Shown piece after piece: positions 59,481-64,000 of a stretch of DNA of 64,000 bases; position 1 is the first letter of the stretch, and every line of letters starts with the position of its first letter. A model generated the notes under the pieces. It was not told the origin of the DNA, made no database searches, and worked only from the letters and a program-made list of their open reading frames with translations. The stretch comes from an uncultured delta proteobacterium (lineage in GTDB: Bacteria; Desulfobacterota; Desulfomonilia; Desulfomonilales; Desulfomonilaceae). The stretch spans positions 19,939 to 83,938 of the forward strand of contig CAVUHP010000010.1 in assembly GCA_963741425.1 (NCBI GenBank), given 5' to 3'. The position numbers were made by a program, and so were the translations under genes.

Positions 59481-60179
59481 TCACACAGACAGGTACCGCG
59501 ACTGTACTTCCTCGCTCTGCAAGAGATCCTCACGACTCCCTTCGTAGGCCGGTCTACCTTTTTCGATTACGTACCCGCGATCACATAACGACAGAGCGAA
59601 ACGAGCATTCTGTTCCGTCATGAGAATCGGCAGTTCCTTGCTGAGTTCTTTTATAATTCCGCCCAAACTCTCGACAATTACCGGGGCCAGGCCTTCACAA
59701 GGCTCATCCAGTAGCAGCATAAGAGGATTGCTTACGAGTGCCCGTGCAATCGCCAGCATTTGCTGCTCTCCTCCCGATAGATTGCCCCCTCTTCGCTGCC
59801 CCAGACTTGCAAGCAGCGGGAACACCTCGTATACCCTGTCCTTGGACCAGGCGGTGCGTCCTTGTCTAGGGGGCAGCATTGCCACCTCAAGGTTCTCGTC
59901 TACCGTGAGGCCTGCAAATATACGCCTGTCCTCCGGAACGAAGGCCAGACCTTTGCGAACATTCTCGTAAACAGGTCTTGCAGTAATATCGGCCCCGTTG
60001 AACAGCACCTTTCCTCTCGCCGGGGCATTCAAGCCCGAGATACCGCGCATGGTAGTGGTCTTTCCCGCGCCGTTCCTGCCGAGAAGGCACACGATCTCAC
60101 CGGAGTGCACCTCCAGGCTCATGCCCTGAAGCACATGGCTGTCGCCGTAATAGACGTGAAGATCAGTGATCTGAAGCAT
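59481..60179 (-). CDS. livF: ABC transporter ATP-binding protein (LivF-like), system 2
   Basis: 232 aa with GRNGAGKTT, LSGGEQQMLAIARAL and LLLDEPCEGLAP. Confidence 0.85.
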   Translation of the reverse strand: MLQITDLHVYYGDSHVLQGMSLEVHSGEIVCLLGRNGAGKTTTMRGISGLNAPARGKVLFNGADITARPVYENVRKGLAFVPEDRRIFAGLTVDENLEVAMLPPRQGRTAWSKDRVYEVFPLLASLGQRRGGNLSGGEQQMLAIARALVSNPLMLLLDEPCEGLAPVIVESLGGIIKELSKELPILMTEQNARFALSLCDRGYVIEKGRPAYEGSREDLLQSEEVQSRYLSV

Positions 60180-60936
60180 CGAGACTCCCTCCTAGATAAG
60201 CTTCCTTGACCGTGCGATTGGATCGGATCTCCTCCGGCAATCCCTCGGCAAGAAGCCTCCCTTGGTGGAGGACAAAGATTCGTTCTGCAACGGCGAACAC
60301 AACTTTCATGTCATGTTCCGTGATGAAGAACGTTGTACCGGACTGCTCGGCGAGATCCTTAATGAGATGAATCATTCGATCCGTCTCTTGAGGGTTCATC
60401 CCGGCCGTTGGTTCGTCAAGCAGGACAAGCTTCGGGCGTCGGGCCAATACGATTGCGATCTCGACTAGGCGCTTGTCACCGTAAGCGAGAGTTGACGCTA
60501 TTCGGGCAGCTTTATCGGCGAGCCCCACCCGTTCCAAAATCGTCCTCGCCTCCGCAACCAAGTCTTCACGCTTGCCCAGTGATTCCAAGAAGGAAAAGCT
60601 CGAATGATGCTGAACGACTAAAGGGGCAATCACATTCTGCATTACCGACAGGGCGGGAAAAATATTGGTGATCTGAAATGACCTGAGTAGGCCGCTCGCC
60701 ACACGTTTATGGGTGGGCGTACGTGTGACATCCGCGCCTTCAAAAAATATCTGTCCGTGAGAAGGCCGATACCGACCCGTGACGAGATTGTAGAATGTAG
60801 TTTTGCCTGCTCCGTTCGGACCGATGAGCGCGGACAAACTTCCTGTCTTAACGGTCAAGGACACATCGGCAATGGCTCGAAACTGGCCGAAGCTCTTCGA
60901 CAGATTTTCCACTTGTAGAAGTGCTGTCTCAGGCAT
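60163..60936 (-). CDS. livG: ABC transporter ATP-binding protein (LivG-like), system 2
   Basis: 257 aa with GPNGAGKTTFYN, YGDKRLVEIAIVLA, VLLDEPTAGM and TEHDMK. Confidence 0.85.
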   Translation of the reverse strand: MPETALLQVENLSKSFGQFRAIADVSLTVKTGSLSALIGPNGAGKTTFYNLVTGRYRPSHGQIFFEGADVTRTPTHKRVASGLLRSFQITNIFPALSVMQNVIAPLVVQHHSSFSFLESLGKREDLVAEARTILERVGLADKAARIASTLAYGDKRLVEIAIVLARRPKLVLLDEPTAGMNPQETDRMIHLIKDLAEQSGTTFFITEHDMKVVFAVAERIFVLHQGRLLAEGLPEEIRSNRTVKEAYLGGSLDASDH

Positions 60937-61918
60937 GCTTCGTCCCCTTCCTGAGTCTGGCGAACTGATCTATCGCTGTCCCCAGCACTCCCCGAGGAAA
61001 GACAAGAACCAGAACCACTAATATCGCTCCAAGGAAGACCATCCAGCTATTGGTGAACGAGGTGATGTAATGCTCAAGCACGAAGAATATGGCGGCGCCC
61101 ACCGCGGGGCCCAGGAACACTCCTGAACCGCCGAGGATGGTCATCAAGACCGCTTTACTCGAAAACGCCCAATGGAGCATCTCGGGTGACGCTATGCGAT
61201 TGAAAAGAGCAAACAGGACCCCGGCTGCTCCGGCAAGAGTCCCGGCGATCACGAACGCAAACAGTCTGAGCGATCGGACATTCGCTCCCACAAAAGAAAC
61301 TCTCTGGTGGTTTTCTCGCGTGGCTGTCAGCAAGAGGCCGAACGGTGACCTCACGACTCGCGCCAGGACGATCACGCCTATGGCAACCACCGTCAGCACC
61401 ACGAAATAGAAATTCTTCGGGTTGAAGAGATTGGCCTGCCAGCCGAAAAGATTCAGGGTGGGTAAAACAAAGTTGCCCAATCCGTCGCTTCCACCTGTTG
61501 CGCTCCTCCAGTTGTGGACCAGGGTGAAGAGCATCATGCCAAAGCCCAAGGTCAATATGGCGAAATATATTTCGTCCAATCGCACGCACAGCCATCCGAT
61601 AACGAGCGCCAGGATGGCGGCGGCGACAATCCCCACGACCAATGCAATCCAGAAGGAGTTCGGTCCGTGGATTAATGTGAGTACGGCACAATAGGCGCCG
61701 GCCCCAAAAAAACCTGCCTGTCCGAAGGAAAGAAGCCCCGAGTAGCCAAACAGTAAGTTGAAACTCATCGCGAACAGACTCATGATGAGAATCTCGGTAA
61801 GAATTATCACCCCGTACATGGATAACACCGCTGGCGCCGCTGCAAGACAGACTATCAAAACAAAACCCTGAAAAACCGGATGTTCCAAGAGCCCTTTCAT
61901 ATCATGACTCCTCTCCAA
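60929..61918 (-). CDS. livM: ABC transporter permease (LivM-like), system 2
   Basis: 329 aa, polytopic, with ..FNLLFGYSGLLSFGQAGFFGAGAY... Confidence 0.85.
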   Translation of the reverse strand: MERSHDMKGLLEHPVFQGFVLIVCLAAAPAVLSMYGVIILTEILIMSLFAMSFNLLFGYSGLLSFGQAGFFGAGAYCAVLTLIHGPNSFWIALVVGIVAAAILALVIGWLCVRLDEIYFAILTLGFGMMLFTLVHNWRSATGGSDGLGNFVLPTLNLFGWQANLFNPKNFYFVVLTVVAIGVIVLARVVRSPFGLLLTATRENHQRVSFVGANVRSLRLFAFVIAGTLAGAAGVLFALFNRIASPEMLHWAFSSKAVLMTILGGSGVFLGPAVGAAIFFVLEHYITSFTNSWMVFLGAILVVLVLVFPRGVLGTAIDQFARLRKGTKHA

Positions 61919-62762
61919 AAAGACCTCTTGGCCGGGTAAGCAAGATTAGCGCTAAGAGGATGTACGGCAGCGCCATTTCCACATTAGGGACCAGGCTGGT
62001 CCCGAAAGAGCTTAGGATTCCAAGCACCAGAGATCCTACAAAAGCTCCGGCAAAGCTGCCCATTCCTCCAATAACTACGACTATGAAGCTCTCAATGATT
62101 ATCTGTTCCCCCATGGCTGGTCCGACGCTCTGATGAGGGGCCGCCAAAACACCTCCCAGCGCTGCAAGCCAGGCCCCGAAGGCGAACACAGAGCTGAACA
62201 GCAGAGGCACCTTCACTCCCACTGCCCCAGCCATTTCTCGATCCATGGCAGAAGCTCTAATGGTCTTTCCCCATCGGCTGAAGGAAAAAAAGGCCCATAG
62301 AGCGAGCCCAGCCAAGGGCCCAATAACCACAAGAAACAAGCGATAGACCGGATAGGTTTGCGAAAAGATGGGTACGACCCCGGAAAGAAGCTCCGGAGGA
62401 TTTACCACATGGTAAGCAGGCCCCCAGATCAGGCGAATTCCATCATCAAGGAAAAGCATAACGCCGAAGGTTAGAAGAAGCTGGAAGCTAACATCGCGAC
62501 CATACACATTACGGAGCAGGAAACGCTCGATGAGCACGGCGACGCCTGCTACGAACAGGGGCGCAATAAGAAGACCCAGCCAGAATGGCATAAGCCATCG
62601 GGCGATCTGCATGCTAACGTAGGAACCGAGCATGAAGAGAGAGCCATGGGCGAAATTCAGCACGCCCATGACCCCAAAGACAGTGGTCAATCCCATAGAG
62701 ATCAGGAACAGGAGCATGCCCCAGGAGAGACCGTTCAGGAGATTTACAAGAAATCCTTCCAC
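61902..62762 (-). CDS. livH: ABC transporter permease (LivH-like), system 2
   Basis: 286 aa with ..GVMGVLNFAHGSLFMLGSY... Confidence 0.85.
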   Translation of the reverse strand: MEGFLVNLLNGLSWGMLLFLISMGLTTVFGVMGVLNFAHGSLFMLGSYVSMQIARWLMPFWLGLLIAPLFVAGVAVLIERFLLRNVYGRDVSFQLLLTFGVMLFLDDGIRLIWGPAYHVVNPPELLSGVVPIFSQTYPVYRLFLVVIGPLAGLALWAFFSFSRWGKTIRASAMDREMAGAVGVKVPLLFSSVFAFGAWLAALGGVLAAPHQSVGPAMGEQIIIESFIVVVIGGMGSFAGAFVGSLVLGILSSFGTSLVPNVEMALPYILLALILLTRPRGLFGEES

Positions 62763-62837
62763 TTACTGCCTCCGAACAATCGTGTAGTTCGTACCCTTCT
62801 TTTGCAAACCTCTATTTGAAAGCCGCTCAACTGTACT

Positions 62838-64000
62838 CTACTGCATCTTGCAACCTGTTTCTTCAACAGGCGGCGTGATGTCTTTTCCCAAAAAGCTCTT
62901 GGTTGGCTTGAGAATTCTAATCGGGTAGTTGGGGTCCGCCGCAGTTTTTCCCCAGATCCCGTCGGTGACGGCCTGATGGTCTTCCGGGCGTATGGTGACC
63001 TGCCCAACAGGAAGCTTCAATGACAGCCCTTCAAGAGCCTTTACGATCTTCTCTTTGTCCGTAGAGCCCGCTTTCTTTACTGCGTCAGCATAGGCATGGA
63101 CTGCCGCATAGGCCCCGTGAGCGTTGTAAGACGGATATACGTTGTAACGCTCCTTGTACGCATTGACGAATGCCTTGTTCTCAGGTGTGTCATTCCCCAG
63201 GAACCAGTAACGGGTCCCGACCCAGACTCCTACCGGCATCTTTTCTTTCAGCGAAGTCAGGACCTCGGTCGCAGCCCCCAGCGACATGAGGACGTCGAAC
63301 TTGCCGTCAAAAAAGCCCATGTCCGCTGCCTGACGCACAAAATCAATCAGGTTGCCTCCCCAAAGAGATATGAAAACCCCTTCAGGTTTGGCATTCATGA
63401 CTTTGCTTATATAGGGTGAAAAATCGGTTGTCTTCGTAGGCGCAAAAGCCGCTTCCGATGTGGAAGAGAACGTTACACCGGGCTTCTTTGCCTTCAAATA
63501 CTTTTGAAAGAATTCCCACGACTGATAGCCGAATTCATAGTCCGGGGCTATTGTGGTCCAAGTCTTAGCCTTCATTTCCGAGGCTATCGTCGCTGCCATA
63601 GCCATGTTTTGATCTTCGCTCAGAGATATGCGGAATGTGTACTTGCAGCATTTCTTGCCCGTGATCTCAGGGGTAGCTGCATGGGTCACTATCAGAGGCG
63701 TCGCAAGCTCTTTCATCAACGGACCTACTGCAGCGGCAGACCCGCTGGAATCCAATCCGATTACCACATCCACTCCATTCTCGTAGACGAGCTTCCGGAC
63801 CACTCTAATTGCCACGTCCGGCTTGCCCGCCTCATCCTCATACACGGCCTCTATCTTTCTTCCGTCAATCCCGCCGGCCTTGTTGATCTCGTCGATCGCC
63901 AGTAGGGCTCCATTCTTTGCAAACTCGCCATACACTGCCAACGGTCCTGACATGATATAGGCGAATCCCAATTTCACCGGTTTTTGAGCTAGAACTGCTG
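62838..64000 (-). CDS. livK: Leu/Ile/Val-type periplasmic substrate-binding protein (LivK-like); the N-terminal signal runs off the window
   Basis: The frame stays open upstream of the GTG at 63977 to the window edge (..AVLAQKPVKLGFAYIMSGPLAVYG..). The sequence is of the type I periplasmic binding fold. Confidence 0.8.
   Translation of the reverse strand, partial: AVLAQKPVKLGFAYIMSGPLAVYGEFAKNGALLAIDEINKAGGIDGRKIEAVYEDEAGKPDVAIRVVRKLVYENGVDVVIGLDSSGSAAAVGPLMKELATPLIVTHAATPEITGKKCCKYTFRISLSEDQNMAMAATIASEMKAKTWTTIAPDYEFGYQSWEFFQKYLKAKKPGVTFSSTSEAAFAPTKTTDFSPYISKVMNAKPEGVFISLWGGNLIDFVRQAADMGFFDGKFDVLMSLGAATEVLTSLKEKMPVGVWVGTRYWFLGNDTPENKAFVNAYKERYNVYPSYNAHGAYAAVHAYADAVKKAGSTDKEKIVKALEGLSLKLPVGQVTIRPEDHQAVTDGIWGKTAADPNYPIRILKPTKSFLGKDITPPVEETGCKMQ

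Noticed and set aside
58984-59484. 166-aa minus-strand ORF spanning the spacer between the two Liv operons
   Set aside because: It is Arg/Cys/Pro/Ser-rich with no domain features, and more than half of it overlaps the livH coding region out of frame. It is probably spurious.

Overview
This is a 64-kb, gene-dense window of about 50% GC by eye, transcribed mostly from the minus strand. Gene content suggests the chromosome or MAG of a strictly anaerobic, deltaproteobacterium-like organism (Thermodesulfobacteriota/Syntrophia-type). That placement is inference only, because no database search was possible. Order of features: secF(partial)-secD-yajC-tgt; an orphan sensor kinase with a pentapeptide-repeat protein; acyl-CoA dehydrogenase; a small accessory islet (REP hairpins, two decayed RAYT/IS200-like mini-elements bracketing higBA, an ankyrin-CPBP protease fusion, and about 0.9 kb of unassignable DNA); rluD-selA; mtaB; nusB-ribH-ribBA-ribE; ttcA; two BcrA/BcrD-type activase ATPases with DUF3795 and plsC; a second pentapeptide-repeat protein; a class I/II aminotransferase; a four-subunit 2-oxoacid:ferredoxin oxidoreductase with an ACT protein; a DsrE-like/NifX-like/DUF134 trio; a GC-rich IS encoding a DUF4338-ISAs1 fusion transposase; hemB with an Ahb-type radical SAM gene. 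The window ends with a W/Mo island (modABC-like transporter with a candidate Moco/Tuco riboswitch, MoeA-like protein, PadR, tungsten-type aldehyde:ferredoxin oxidoreductase, 4-hydroxybutyrate CoA-transferase, 4-hydroxybutyryl-CoA dehydratase) followed by two tandem Liv-type ABC transporter operons. I found no rRNA, tRNA, CRISPR array, integrase or recognisable defence system. About 12 genes, including ribBA, carry frameshifts, mostly at short homopolymers. This looks more like assembly indel error than biology, apart from one locally hyper-decayed patch. The items most worth follow-up are the orphan BcrAD-like ATPase pair, the DUF4338-ISAs1 element, the mini-element-bracketed higBA cassette, the ankyrin-CPBP fusion and the riboswitch-controlled W/Mo island. 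None is proven novel from sequence alone.
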